DNA from: Armatimonadota bacterium
GTDB taxonomy: Bacteria; Armatimonadota; SYMT01
Assembly: GCA_041690135.1 (NCBI GenBank)
Contig: JAWLHY010000008.1
Location: 64,001-128,000, forward strand
Reading direction: 5' to 3'
DNA: 64,000 bases
Part shown: piece after piece, positions 1 to 9,263 of the stretch
Position numbering within the stretch: the first letter of the stretch is position 1
Layout: each line of letters opens with the position of its first letter
Translations under genes and position numbers: made by a program
Notes under the pieces: model-generated
Told to the model about the DNA's origin: nothing
Seen by the model: only the letters and a program-made list of their open reading frames with translations
Database searches by the model: none

Positions 1-1326
1 ATGCGCGTGGGTCAGATCGTGTACGACTACATCAAGCAGCGGCGGGCATTGGTGCAGGTGTACCTCACCTACACCCTGGCCGCACCGCAGACCTGGCCGG
101 AGGGCGGGAGCCTCACCCGCGAGGTGCTGCTAGACGAGGAGTTGATCCCGTTCCACGCCTGCTCGGACATCGTCTACTCCGAGATGGCGCATCACGCCGA
201 CCTCATCCTGCCGGATGCCGCGTACACGGAGCGGTGGGGACTAGACACCCGCAACAACTACGAACTGCGGCCATATATTACCCTGCGCCAGCCTCTCGTC
301 ACCCCGCCGGGTGAGTGCGTGAGCTTCGCGGACGTGCTGATCCAACTAGGGAAACGGCTGGGACCGGAAGTCGCGCGGTACTTCGACTTCAAGGACCACC
401 AAGCGTACGTCGCGCACCAGTGCAAGAACATCCCGCCCGGCGACGCCGCCAGCGGGTTCGACTACATGAAGAAACACGGGGTGTGGACGGACCTGAGCCA
501 GCCCCAGACCTACCGGTTGTTCGCGCGGCCGCTCACCCCGGAGCAACTGCGCGATGCCGTCCCCACCTCCGTGGGGACGGGGGAGAAGGCGGGAGAACTC
601 TTCTACCGGGTCGATCCGGGCACCGGGCGGCGGGAGCCGGTGGGGGTGAAGGTGGACGGCGTCGTCTGCCGCGGCTTCAAGACGCCTTCCCGCAAGTTCG
701 AGATCCACAGTCCGACCATCGCCGAGCAGTCCCGGAAAGTCGGCGTGGAGGACGACGGCTGGCCGCGTTATATCCCGGTACCCTCCCACGAGAACCTGCC
801 CGAGGACCGGTTCATCCTCACCACCTTCAAGTGGAACGTCCACACGCAGGGTCGCACCGCTCCTCAAAAGTACCTCACCGAGATCGTCCATCACAATCCG
901 ATGTGGATTCATTCCCGCACGGCGAAGAAGTTGGGCATCGAGACGGGGGACTGGGTGGAAGTGACCACCTACCGGCCGAAGGGGAACACTGTGCATGCCA
1001 CCGGCGAGAAACTGGGCAGTACGCGGGTGCAGGCGTTTGTTACGGAGGGGATTCACCCGAGGGTCCTGGCGGTGAGCAATAGCCTGGGATGGGAACGCGG
1101 CGGTCGGGCTGCCAGCGCGGACCGTGCACCGCGCCCCACCGGCCCGGGATATGACCCGGCGGTGCTCCCGGAAGACCCGGACCTCTCCCAAAACCTCTGG
1201 TGGGACGCCCAGGAGCGCGGATCCGGGGCGGGGTTCAATGTGAATGGTATTCTGCCGATCCAACCGGCGCCGGTGACCGGAATGCAGGCCTGGTTCGATA
1301 CCGTGTGTTCGATTCGCAAGGTGTGA
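1..1326 (+). CDS. Molybdopterin (MopB/DMSO-reductase superfamily) oxidoreductase catalytic subunit, C-terminal part; 5' end lies outside the window
   Basis: Motifs SEMAHHADLILPDAAYTERWG and FKTPSRKFEIHS; C-terminal molybdopterin-dinucleotide-binding domain (NPMWIHSRTAKKLGIETGDWVEV, FVTEGIHP). Confidence 0.85.
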   Translation: MRVGQIVYDYIKQRRALVQVYLTYTLAAPQTWPEGGSLTREVLLDEELIPFHACSDIVYSEMAHHADLILPDAAYTERWGLDTRNNYELRPYITLRQPLVTPPGECVSFADVLIQLGKRLGPEVARYFDFKDHQAYVAHQCKNIPPGDAASGFDYMKKHGVWTDLSQPQTYRLFARPLTPEQLRDAVPTSVGTGEKAGELFYRVDPGTGRREPVGVKVDGVVCRGFKTPSRKFEIHSPTIAEQSRKVGVEDDGWPRYIPVPSHENLPEDRFILTTFKWNVHTQGRTAPQKYLTEIVHHNPMWIHSRTAKKLGIETGDWVEVTTYRPKGNTVHATGEKLGSTRVQAFVTEGIHPRVLAVSNSLGWERGGRAASADRAPRPTGPGYDPAVLPEDPDLSQNLWWDAQERGSGAGFNVNGILPIQPAPVTGMQAWFDTVCSIRKV

Positions 1327-1592
1327 TCCCTGGCGGCGGGAAACCGGTTGAAAGTTGGCAGGTTGAAGGTTGAAGGTTAAGGCCGCCCTCAGGGGCCAGG
1401 GGTTGAAGGACCCGTGGCGGCTGGGGTTTGCGATCCGGAGGACAGGACCGGTGCGGTTTGGTGCTGCCCACATCTGCGTTGCAGCCCCTCGGGGTTTGTG
1501 GATGGTAGGTGCCAGATGTGACGGGCGGCGGGAGGTTGAGCCGCGGTAGGAAACTGTGCCTGGGAATGTCAAGGCCCTGCACGCGCTTTTTT

Positions 1593-3176
1593 ATGTCAAG
1601 GAAGCGGGCGTTGAAGAGGAAGGGAAACGGGAGTCGGGCGGGCCGGGGAGTGAGCCTGGTTTGGATTGCGGCCCTGGGAATCGCCGCCGGCGCGCGGGCA
1701 GAAACGTTGGAGCCGGAGATCCCGGCAATGCCGCAGTTAGTTTCAGAGAAGGTCGAGGCGGACGTTGCGCGGGAAGGCTCGTCCGCCGACGCCGGAGCCC
1801 CGGGGGAGGCCGCCGTTCCTAGGGCATTGCCTGTTGCCGATGGTGCGGACAGCGCCGCCCCGCCGGACGTGGAGCGGCGGCTGCGCGAACTGGAGGAGAC
1901 GGTCCGCAGGCAGGACGAGATTATCCGGCGCCTGGAGGAGACCGTGGAGGCGCTCCGCAAGCCGGCCACCCTGCCGGCACCGCCCGTAGTTGCTCCCCCA
2001 ACGGCATCACCGGAGAACGTCGCCAAGCCGCCCACGCCGCCTACTTCGGCTCCCGCGAGTGCGAACAATGCCCTCCGCCTGCGCCTGCGCGGGTTTCTGC
2101 AGACCGATGCCCGTTTCTTCCCAGCCGAGGGTGGCCGCACGGGTGTCGACTCGTTCCTCCTGCGGCGAGTGCGACCCGCGATCTCCGGAAGCGTAGGCCA
2201 GTATGCCGACTTCACGATCGTGCCGATTTTTGACGAGGGGAGAGCGGGCCTGATCGATGCCTTCGTGGACGTGCGCCAGGCGCCGCAGTTGCAGTTCCGG
2301 TTCGGGCTGTTCAAAACGCCGTTCAGCCTGGAGCGGCTCCAGTCCGGCGCGGACCTGCAGTTCGTCGAGCGCTCCCTCGCGCAGAACCTCGCCCCGAACC
2401 GGGATACGGGGTTTATGGTCCACGGGGACACGTTGAAGGGCCGGATGAGCTACGCCGCCTCGGTGCTGACCGGCGCGCCCGATGCCGCGAACGTGTACGG
2501 GGATGCGGGCCGTGGCAAGGACTTCGCCGGCCGGATCTTTGCGCGTCCCTTCGCGAGGGAGAAGGGCACCTTCTTCCAGGGCCTGGGCCTGGGCCTGGCG
2601 GCGACTTACGGCTCGCGAGATGAGGCGTTCCAAAGCACGTTCCGGACGGCGGCCCGCGAGCCGTTCTTCCGCTATCGATCCGGGACTGCCTACGCCGGGG
2701 ACGTGGTGCGGCTGGCGCCCCAGTTCTACCACTACTACCGCCAGTTCGGCATGATGGGGGAAGCCTACCTGACACGAGAGACGCTCCGGAGGGCGGGTGT
2801 GGTCGCCCCGGTGGCGAACCATGGCTGGTTTCTCCAGGGGTCGTACGTGTTGACGGGGGAGGACGCCACCTTCCGCAGCGTGGTGCCCGAACAGCCCTTC
2901 GATCCGAGCCGCGGCCAGTGGGGCGCCTTTGAGTTGGCGCTCCGGTACTCCCGGTTCCAGGCGGACCGTGAGGTATTCACCCGCGGGTTCGCCGACCCGA
3001 CCCAGGCGGCCCGGACCGCCAATGCATGGACGTTTGGTCTGAACTGGTATCTGAACAGCGCCCTGAAGTTCCAGTTGAACTACGAGCGGACGGACTTCAA
3101 CGGACCGCTGGCGTTCGGCTCCGCGTTTCGCGACCGGGAAGACGTGATCCTTACGCGGTTTCAGTTGGTGTATTAG
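1593..3176 (+). CDS. OprO/OprP-family anion-selective outer-membrane porin
   Basis: Signal-peptide-like WIAALGIAAGARA, coiled coil and Pro-rich linker, then FLLRRVRP, GLFKTPFSLERLQS, GWFLQGSYVLTGE, GAFELALRYS, WTFGLNWYLN and a C-terminal aromatic residue. Start uncertain (1593 ATG or 1650 GTG). Confidence 0.85.
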   Translation: MSRKRALKRKGNGSRAGRGVSLVWIAALGIAAGARAETLEPEIPAMPQLVSEKVEADVAREGSSADAGAPGEAAVPRALPVADGADSAAPPDVERRLRELEETVRRQDEIIRRLEETVEALRKPATLPAPPVVAPPTASPENVAKPPTPPTSAPASANNALRLRLRGFLQTDARFFPAEGGRTGVDSFLLRRVRPAISGSVGQYADFTIVPIFDEGRAGLIDAFVDVRQAPQLQFRFGLFKTPFSLERLQSGADLQFVERSLAQNLAPNRDTGFMVHGDTLKGRMSYAASVLTGAPDAANVYGDAGRGKDFAGRIFARPFAREKGTFFQGLGLGLAATYGSRDEAFQSTFRTAAREPFFRYRSGTAYAGDVVRLAPQFYHYYRQFGMMGEAYLTRETLRRAGVVAPVANHGWFLQGSYVLTGEDATFRSVVPEQPFDPSRGQWGAFELALRYSRFQADREVFTRGFADPTQAARTANAWTFGLNWYLNSALKFQLNYERTDFNGPLAFGSAFRDREDVILTRFQLVY

Positions 3177-3228
3177 GGCTCAAGCGGGCGCCCTGTGGTT
3201 CGAGGTTTTGCCCGAACTCGCACCGGGC

Positions 3229-4029
3229 TCACCTGGCTGTTTGAACGGTGTCCCAGCCGAGGACGCGTTCGATCTCGCGGCGCCAGACCCGGTAGGCGGC
3301 ATCGTTCAGGTGGAGGCCGTCCGCGGTGTATCCCGCCTTGAGCTCCCCCTGCTCGTCCACGAAGAGCGGGTGGAGGTTCAGGAACGGGTAACCGAACTCG
3401 GCGGCGAGCTTCTCCAGGCGGCGGTTGAACTCCCGGACGGGGGCGTTCTGCCGGGCGTGTGCTCCGCGAGTGGGCAGGACCGACTGCACATGGACCCGGA
3501 TAGAAGGGGAATGCATCTTGATCTTACGCAGGATCTCCCGGTAGCCCGTCTCCATCGCCTCCACCGAGTGGCCGCTGTTCAGGTCGTTGATCCCGATCAG
3601 CAAGAAGACGTCGCCGGCCGCGCAGTCGAACACCGAGGCGTCCAGCCTCCGCAGCACGCCGCGCGGATCGTCCGCGGGCAGGCCGTTGCCGATAACGTCG
3701 CCGCCAATACCCCGGTTGAGCACGCGCCGGCCGGGGAAGAAGCGCGCCACCTCGAACCCCTCCGTAATGCTGTCGCCCACCAGCACCACGTTGCGGTAAG
3801 CCAGGTTCTGCTCCCGGAAGGCGCGGACCCGGTTCTCGTAGTGGAACTTGAAGAGGGCGCGCAGGTCGACGGGCGGGTCCTTCTTCTCTTTGGCCCCGGC
3901 GTTGGGCGGGGCGGGAGCGGGCTTGTTTTCCGCGCCGGCGCCGGAGCACGCGAAAATGGCCAGGGCCACTGCCAGCGGGAGGTGCCGGAGGACCCTTCTG
4001 GTTTGGAAGTGTTGTGCCGGTTGCTTCAT
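3229..4029 (-). CDS. Exported SGNH/GDSL-family hydrolase
   Basis: Blocks GDSITE, NRGIGGD, LIGINDL and DGLHLN; N-terminal signal peptide. Confidence 0.9.
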   Translation of the reverse strand: MKQPAQHFQTRRVLRHLPLAVALAIFACSGAGAENKPAPAPPNAGAKEKKDPPVDLRALFKFHYENRVRAFREQNLAYRNVVLVGDSITEGFEVARFFPGRRVLNRGIGGDVIGNGLPADDPRGVLRRLDASVFDCAAGDVFLLIGINDLNSGHSVEAMETGYREILRKIKMHSPSIRVHVQSVLPTRGAHARQNAPVREFNRRLEKLAAEFGYPFLNLHPLFVDEQGELKAGYTADGLHLNDAAYRVWRREIERVLGWDTVQTAR

Positions 4030-4294
4030 CCCCTTTTTGGCTCCTTCCTCATTGCCAAAGTGCGAGTCCGCACCCGGCGTGTTTGCGCGGTTAAGTATGC
4101 GTCACCCGGGAAGCATTGTTGAATGAGAAAATGGACGGGCCGTCACAACCGCTCCGACCCTAAACGGCCGGGCTGTGGAAAAGCACGGTCCCCGCCTGCG
4201 CGGGCACCCCCGTAAGTCAGAGCCAGTACGGGTTTCCCGAGGCAGCATTAGGTCTGGTTGGACCAGTGGAAGGTTGAGGGCGCGAGGACACGTA

Positions 4295-4673
4295 ATGAAC
4301 GATACCTTCAAGAACGGGTATGCGCGACCGGTTTTCTTTGTGTCCGATGGTGAAGCGGCACTGCGCTTCTACCTCCGGCTGGGCTTCGAGGAGGCGTGGC
4401 GTTATAAGGGGAACGGTCGGCTGGTGGCAGTGCAGGTGAACCGGAACCTTGTGGAGTTGATCCTGAATGAGAACCGGGAGCGGGCGGGAGGGGGACGACT
4501 GTTCCAGTCGCTGGACCGTGGCGGAGTCGCCCGGTGCGTCGCCTCCTTCGCCGCGGCCGGTATCGAGGTCCGGGATGGTCGCTGGGGGATGCCGGGTAAG
4601 GTGATCGCCGATCCGGACGGAAACGAGCTAATTTTTTGTGGACGACGGCCCGATCGACGGTTTTGTGGCCTGA
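4295..4673 (+). pseudogene. VOC/glyoxalase-family protein with an apparent frameshift in the T6 run at 4632-4637 (pseudogene or sequencing error)
   Basis: ARPVFFVSD..AALRFY..LGF and WG....IADPDGNELIF. Removing one T gives the ending LIFVDDGPIDGFVA* at 4673 instead of a 100-aa low-complexity tail. Confidence 0.65.
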
Positions 4674-4935
4674 GGTTCGCGCCCTCGCCATTGCAGCCCG
4701 GCGAGCTATTCCCGGCCGTCAGGACGAGTGGGGATCGCGTTCTTCCGCGAGAACGTCTCCGCTGCGCCGTGCAAGTGCTTGACACTCGTGGGAGAGAAAG
4801 TGAGACGGCACCCGGCACAAGCCGGTCGGGAGCGGCTTGTACACCAAGCTGGGCGAGCCGAGGTATTGTTCTGCGCGACGGTAAACTCACCTGGTGGGCC
4901 AGGGTGAAAATCGGTGGTGGAGGAGCAGGTGAATC

Positions 4936-5604
4936 ATGGCACGGCTGCAGTTGAGCGATCTGGCGTTGGAAGTCGAGTACGTCCGTTTTGAAGATGGATG
5001 GGTGGTTTACGACATACGCTGGCTCTGGCAGGACGAACCCATCTTGAACGATGCCATTCTGAAGCGCCACAACGAGTTCTGGGGGTCACGGAGCCGAGGC
5101 GGGATCCACGCGAATGAGCACCGGGGAGACTTCGTTCTTCCAATCCTTAAGCAAGCCCTAGAGAGTGATGAGCCGGTATCCTGGAACACTACCGATCCGG
5201 ACGTACTGCTGATGATCTATCCGCACTGGCTCTACCCGCTTCCCAAGCCGGCCGGCCTCGCCTCGATTGACTGGGAGCTAGGGGACACCGAACTCCCTAA
5301 GGGAACTTGGGCGGCGGATCACCTCTGGGCGGAAAGAGAGCAACGCCGGAAGGCCCGGTCCGTCGCAGGTAAACTGCCAGACGATCTCTTTTACCTGGTG
5401 CTCTTCGTGGATGTCTACAACTTTAAACAATGCTATGCCTATGAGGGCAACGGGGTAGCACTCCACGCACGCGTACAGCGTTGGCAGTTGGAAGAGTTCT
5501 ACCAATGCCTTAAGGGTGAATACCTGACATTCAAGCAGCGCTGGAAAGTCGATGAATTCAATCGAGAGCAACTGGGGGAAGACTGGATCGGGGGCGAACT
5601 CTAG
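4936..5604 (+). CDS. Hypothetical protein
   Basis: 222-aa ORF with a good RBS (GGAGCAGGT), protein-like composition and lower GC than its flanks; no family recognised. Confidence 0.7.
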   Translation: MARLQLSDLALEVEYVRFEDGWVVYDIRWLWQDEPILNDAILKRHNEFWGSRSRGGIHANEHRGDFVLPILKQALESDEPVSWNTTDPDVLLMIYPHWLYPLPKPAGLASIDWELGDTELPKGTWAADHLWAEREQRRKARSVAGKLPDDLFYLVLFVDVYNFKQCYAYEGNGVALHARVQRWQLEEFYQCLKGEYLTFKQRWKVDEFNREQLGEDWIGGEL

Positions 5605-5662
5605 GGGTCCCTGTATCTACGCACGTTGAGCGCCTGGAAGCGCGCACTCCACCGATCATCCG

Positions 5663-5691
5663 TTGACGCTTCCTCACCAGGGTGCTAGAAT
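5663..5691 (+). promoter_or_regulatory. Sigma70-type promoter of the tRNA
   Basis: TTGACG (5663-5668), 17-bp spacer, then extended -10 TGc-TAGAAT (5686-5691), 11 bp before the tRNA. Confidence 0.8.
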
Positions 5692-5702
5692 ACACGTACC
5701 AC

Positions 5703-5774
5703 GCGGGAGTAGTTCAGTGGTAGAACGTCAGCTTCCCAAGCTGAATGTCGTGGGTTCGAGTCCCATCTCCCGCT
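5703..5774 (+). tRNA. tRNA-Gly (anticodon CCC)
   Basis: Cloverleaf: GCGGGAG/CTCCCGC acceptor, GTTC/GAAC D-stem, TCAGC-TTCCCAA-GCTGA anticodon arm, GTGGG-TTCGAGT-CCCAT T-arm, discriminator T. CCA is not encoded directly after it. Confidence 0.97.
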
Positions 5775-5789
5775 TCCCAGCATCCTCTG

Positions 5790-5824
5790 ATCGCAGCAAG
5801 AACCTGGTTCTCGCTGCGATTTTT
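5790..5824 (+). terminator. Intrinsic terminator after the tRNA
   Basis: Hairpin ATCGCAGCAAGAAC-CTG-GTTCTCGCTGCGAT followed by TTTT. Confidence 0.75.
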
Positions 5825-5857
5825 GTGTTCTGCGGCCCCAGTCCGCTGGCACGACGG

Positions 5858-6307
5858 TCACGTCCGCGGCGGGCAGAGAAGCAAGCGAATCCGGACCGTC
5901 GTAACTTCGCCGACCTGGCTTTCGAGGGTCATCCGGTCCCCGCGGGCCGCGATGATGCTCCGGCAGATCGCCAGGCCCAGGCCGGTGCCTCCCGTGCCGC
6001 CCGTGGAGGAGGTTCGAGCGCCATCGACCCGGTAGAGCCGCTCGCCGCGGTGGGGCAGGTGCTCCGGCGCGATGCCTTCGCCGGTATCCGTCACCGTGAC
6101 GGTAGCGTTACTTGCTTCGACCTCCGCGGAGACTGTGACGGTCCCCGCGGGAGGCGTGTGGCGGGCCGCGTTCTCCAGCAGGTTGGTGTACAGGCGGGTC
6201 AGCTCCGAGCCGCTGCCCGGTACCCCCAGGATGGGGGCCAGCATGGTCAGGTTCCACAGCGTCATCCGCAGCCGGACCGTACCCCACTGGGGGAGATGGC
6301 GACCGAA
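5858..6307 (-). pseudogene. Internally deleted sensor histidine kinase
   Basis: The N-terminal TVRLRMTLWNLTMLAPILG (TM1-like) is fused directly to HATPase_c (NLLENA, DTGEGI, GTGLGLAIC). HAMP and HisKA are missing and there is an in-frame stop just upstream. Confidence 0.75.
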
Positions 6308-6312
6308 TCAAG

Positions 6313-6885
6313 CTAACTAGCCTGATGGCTCTTTCTGGGCACGTACCGCATCGCTACCGCCCCTGAGGCGAACTCCAGCCGGCCCACGAGCTTTAAGTCG
6401 ACATACGTCGATAGCCCCGCGAACAAGGTCGGGCCGTGACCCGCCAGCCGGGGGTGCACCACGAACTCGTACTCGTCGATCAATCCCAGCTCTGCCAACG
6501 CCAGCGGGAGCTTTACGCCTCCCACGAAAACTCCCTTACCCGGCTCCCCCTTGAGCTGTTGAACGGCCGTCCTTAGATCCCCGCGCACGAGCTCCGCGTT
6601 CCAATCGACCTGGTCCAGGGTGCTCGACACGACGTATTTCTTTGCTGCATCGATCGTCCGGGCGAAGGGTTCCATCCAATCGACCATCCAATCAGGCTTC
6701 GCTCCCGTCGCCGACGGCCGCCACGCTGCCTCCATCATTTCGTAGGTCACCCGGCCGAAGAGGAGGGCATCGGCCTGCGCGAGGTTCTCGGCCCAGTGGC
6801 GATGCAAGTCTTCATCCGTCGAACCTGCCCGATGATCGCAGCACCCATCCAAGGTTATGTTTATTGCATAGCGTAGGGGTCGCAT
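6313..6885 (-). CDS. Dihydrofolate reductase family (RibD C-terminal domain) protein
   Basis: NITLDG, LLFGRVTYEMM, KYVVSSTL, LGLIDEYEFVVHP.LAG.G..LF. Confidence 0.9.
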   Translation of the reverse strand: MRPLRYAINITLDGCCDHRAGSTDEDLHRHWAENLAQADALLFGRVTYEMMEAAWRPSATGAKPDWMVDWMEPFARTIDAAKKYVVSSTLDQVDWNAELVRGDLRTAVQQLKGEPGKGVFVGGVKLPLALAELGLIDEYEFVVHPRLAGHGPTLFAGLSTYVDLKLVGRLEFASGAVAMRYVPRKSHQAS

Positions 6886-7376
6886 CAGGAGTCTCCTGAG
6901 ACATCCGGGGCCGATTGCTTACCAAGCTGCTCGGCCAGGCCGATGAGGATCCCCTCCGGGCCTCGCATGAAGCAGAGCCGGTAGAAGTCCCCATACTGTG
7001 CGATCTCGCGGACCAGCTCGGCGCCATGGCGGCGCAGGCGAGCCACCACATCGTCGAGGTTCTCCACGGCGAACATGATGCGGCGCAGGCCCAAGGCGTT
7101 CGCCGGTGCGCTTTCCGGCTCGGCTGGGATCGCCGGCGGCGTGTGGAACTTCGTCAACTCCACCCGGTTGTGGCCGTCCGGGGTCCGCATCATGGCGATG
7201 TCGGCGCGGACGCCGTCCAGCCCGATCACGCTGTCCACCCAGGGCCCCTCAACCGTCGTCTGGCCTTCCAGCTCCATACCGAGCTCGGCAAAGAACGCCT
7301 TGGCGCCCTCGAGGTTCTCGACCACGATGAGCACGTTGTCCATCCGCAGCAATCTGCTTTTCTCGCTCATTTCCAT
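6885..7376 (-). CDS. VOC family protein
   Basis: MDNVLIVVENLEGAKAFFAELG, GLRRIMFAV and CFMRGPEGILIGLAEQ. The start overlaps the YciI stop (TAATG) and the stop overlaps the DHFR start (TGATG). Confidence 0.85.
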   Translation of the reverse strand: MEMSEKSRLLRMDNVLIVVENLEGAKAFFAELGMELEGQTTVEGPWVDSVIGLDGVRADIAMMRTPDGHNRVELTKFHTPPAIPAEPESAPANALGLRRIMFAVENLDDVVARLRRHGAELVREIAQYGDFYRLCFMRGPEGILIGLAEQLGKQSAPDVSGDS

Positions 7377-7792
7377 TATCCGTGGCATCGGTCCGCGGAG
7401 GGCGGCGCGGTCAGGAACGGTCGCACTTCCAACCACTCGTGGATCGGTTTTCCGCCGGCCCCCGGTGCTGCCGATAGCTCCCCGGCGAGCTCGATCGCGC
7501 GCTCGTAGCTGTCGACGTCGATCGCCATCCACCCGGCGATCAGCTCCTTCGTCTCGGCGAACGGTCCGTCGGTCACCGGCGGCCGCCCCTTGCCGTCGTA
7601 GCGGACCCACACGCCGTCGGGCGCCAGCGCCTGCGCGTCGACAAATTCGCCCGTGCTCTGGAGCCGCGCGGCGAAGTCTCTCATGAACTGGATGTGAGCC
7701 TCGAACTCGGCGGGCGTCCACTGGTCCATTGGGACATCGTTCTCGGGCGCCGGTGCTCCTCGGTAGTGCTTCAGTAACAGGTATCTGGCCAT
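7376..7792 (-). CDS. YciI family (DGPF-type) protein
   Basis: VTDGPFAETKELIAGW and LEVRPF. Confidence 0.9.
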   Translation of the reverse strand: MARYLLLKHYRGAPAPENDVPMDQWTPAEFEAHIQFMRDFAARLQSTGEFVDAQALAPDGVWVRYDGKGRPPVTDGPFAETKELIAGWMAIDVDSYERAIELAGELSAAPGAGGKPIHEWLEVRPFLTAPPSADRCHG

Positions 7793-8061
7793 CGTGTGCT
7801 CCTTGTCGGGATAGTGCTACGTCTTCGCAGGTGCCGAACCATAACCGCTACAGTTGGGCGAGTGAATTCGCGGCTACAAACGGCGAAGCCGACCTCCGTC
7901 GGCTGAGAACCCGGTAACGGTCATTCTTTGACGGATCCATAGTGTTGTCGTGCGGAGTGAGCCCGGATCGACAGGGAAGTGCCTGGGTTGGGAAAATTGT
8001 TTCCGATGCGTTTTCAAGGCCTGTGCCGGGGAGCGAACTGCGTCGTCCCGGCGAACCATTG

Positions 8062-8220
8062 GGTGCGTGGAAGAAACTGGGGAGCTACAGAAACCGTGGC
8101 GGGTGCGGTTGCCCGCCGTCCGCCACGGAATGGAATTCCGCGGCTATTGCAGAGTGAAACCCCTGTGGGGTTGGCGCAGCACAATAGCGGTTCAAATCTG
8201 CGCAGTTACTTCCTCCTACC
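8062..8220. repeat. ~158-bp structured dispersed element, copy A (MITE-like or ncRNA)
   Basis: About 70% identical by eye to 11595-11752; 25-bp imperfect terminal inverted repeats (18/25); internal hairpins. Confidence 0.65.
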
Positions 8221-8298
8221 CCTTGTCCGGCTCGCGGTTTTGCAAGCCTCCTGGACAACCAGCACCGCCCGGACAGATCCGCATCGGGATGATCGCCA

Positions 8299-9003
8299 TC
8301 ATCCGGCTGCACGGTCGTCTTCGGATGCGGGCGGCTCGGGTGCTCGGAGCACGTACCCCTGCCCGTAAACGGTGTGGATCAGGCGGAGGGCGTGGCCGTC
8401 GTCCACCTTCTGACGGAGGTGCCGGATGCGGACGGCGGTCGTGTTCGAATAACTCTCATCGTCGTTCCAGACCCGCTCCTGGAAATACTCGCGCGAGAGC
8501 ACCCGTCCCTCGTTGCGAGCCAGCGCCTCCAGGAGTGTGTACTCCCGCGGCGTAAGCGGGATCTCCCGGCCGGAGCGACTCACGCGCCGCGCCTCGGTGT
8601 CGATCTCCAGATCAGCGATCCGGATGAGCCGTGTCCGGTGGACCGCCGCGCGGCGGACGAGCGCCCGCACCCGAACCCGCAGCTCCGGCAGCGCGAACGG
8701 CTTGGGCAGGTAGTCGTCCGCGCCAAGGTCGAACCCCCGGATCCGGTCCTCCAGGGCACCGCGGGCGGTCAGCATCAGGATCGGCGTCGTATCGCGGCGC
8801 CGCCGGAGGGTCTTGCACACCCCCCAGCCGTCGACGCCGGGGAGCATCAGGTCCAGGATGATGGCGGCATACTGCCGCTCCTGGGCCAATGCCAGCGCCT
8901 CTACGCCGTCGCGAGCCCAATCGACGGTGTAGCGCGCCTCTTCCAGGTTCTCCCGGGTCCGGCAGGCGAGCGCCGCTTCATCTTCGACGAGTAGTAGACG
9001 CAT
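8299..9003 (-). CDS. OmpR/PhoB-family response regulator
   Basis: Receiver domain (LLVEDE, ILDLMLP, LMLTA, DDYLPKPF) plus winged HTH (LTPREYTLLE, IHTVYGQGY). Confidence 0.95.
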   Translation of the reverse strand: MRLLLVEDEAALACRTRENLEEARYTVDWARDGVEALALAQERQYAAIILDLMLPGVDGWGVCKTLRRRRDTTPILMLTARGALEDRIRGFDLGADDYLPKPFALPELRVRVRALVRRAAVHRTRLIRIADLEIDTEARRVSRSGREIPLTPREYTLLEALARNEGRVLSREYFQERVWNDDESYSNTTAVRIRHLRQKVDDGHALRLIHTVYGQGYVLRAPEPPASEDDRAAG

Positions 9004-9046
9004 CCGGCTTCCCCGCTTTGGGAGCCGATCCGAAAAGGGTCGGCAT

Positions 9047-9229
9047 CTATCCCCCGTGTCCCGGTTTCAACGCAACGCCCGGCGCGGGTCGCGCATGGAC
9101 CCGGTCGGCGGCCTTCCGGGCCTCCTCCATGTCGATGTCGTGGTTCGGATGATGGCCACAGCCGGAGAACGCCCCGAGAAGCGTTCCCGACAGGAGCAGC
9201 GCCGCTCCGCACATGATCCAGGCACGCAT
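9047..9229 (-). CDS. Small lipoprotein
   Basis: RBS AAGGAG; MRAWIMCGAALLLSGTLLGAFSG-C lipobox; directly follows a prepilin-type gene. Confidence 0.7.
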   Translation of the reverse strand: MRAWIMCGAALLLSGTLLGAFSGCGHHPNHDIDMEEARKAADRVHARPAPGVALKPGHGG

Positions 9230-9263
9230 GATACTATCTCCTTTCTTCCACCGGGCCGCTTCT

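Noticed and set aside
5703-5860. Prophage or ICE attachment at tRNA-Gly
   Set aside because: No integrase, phage genes or duplicated tRNA 3' end were spotted in the window.
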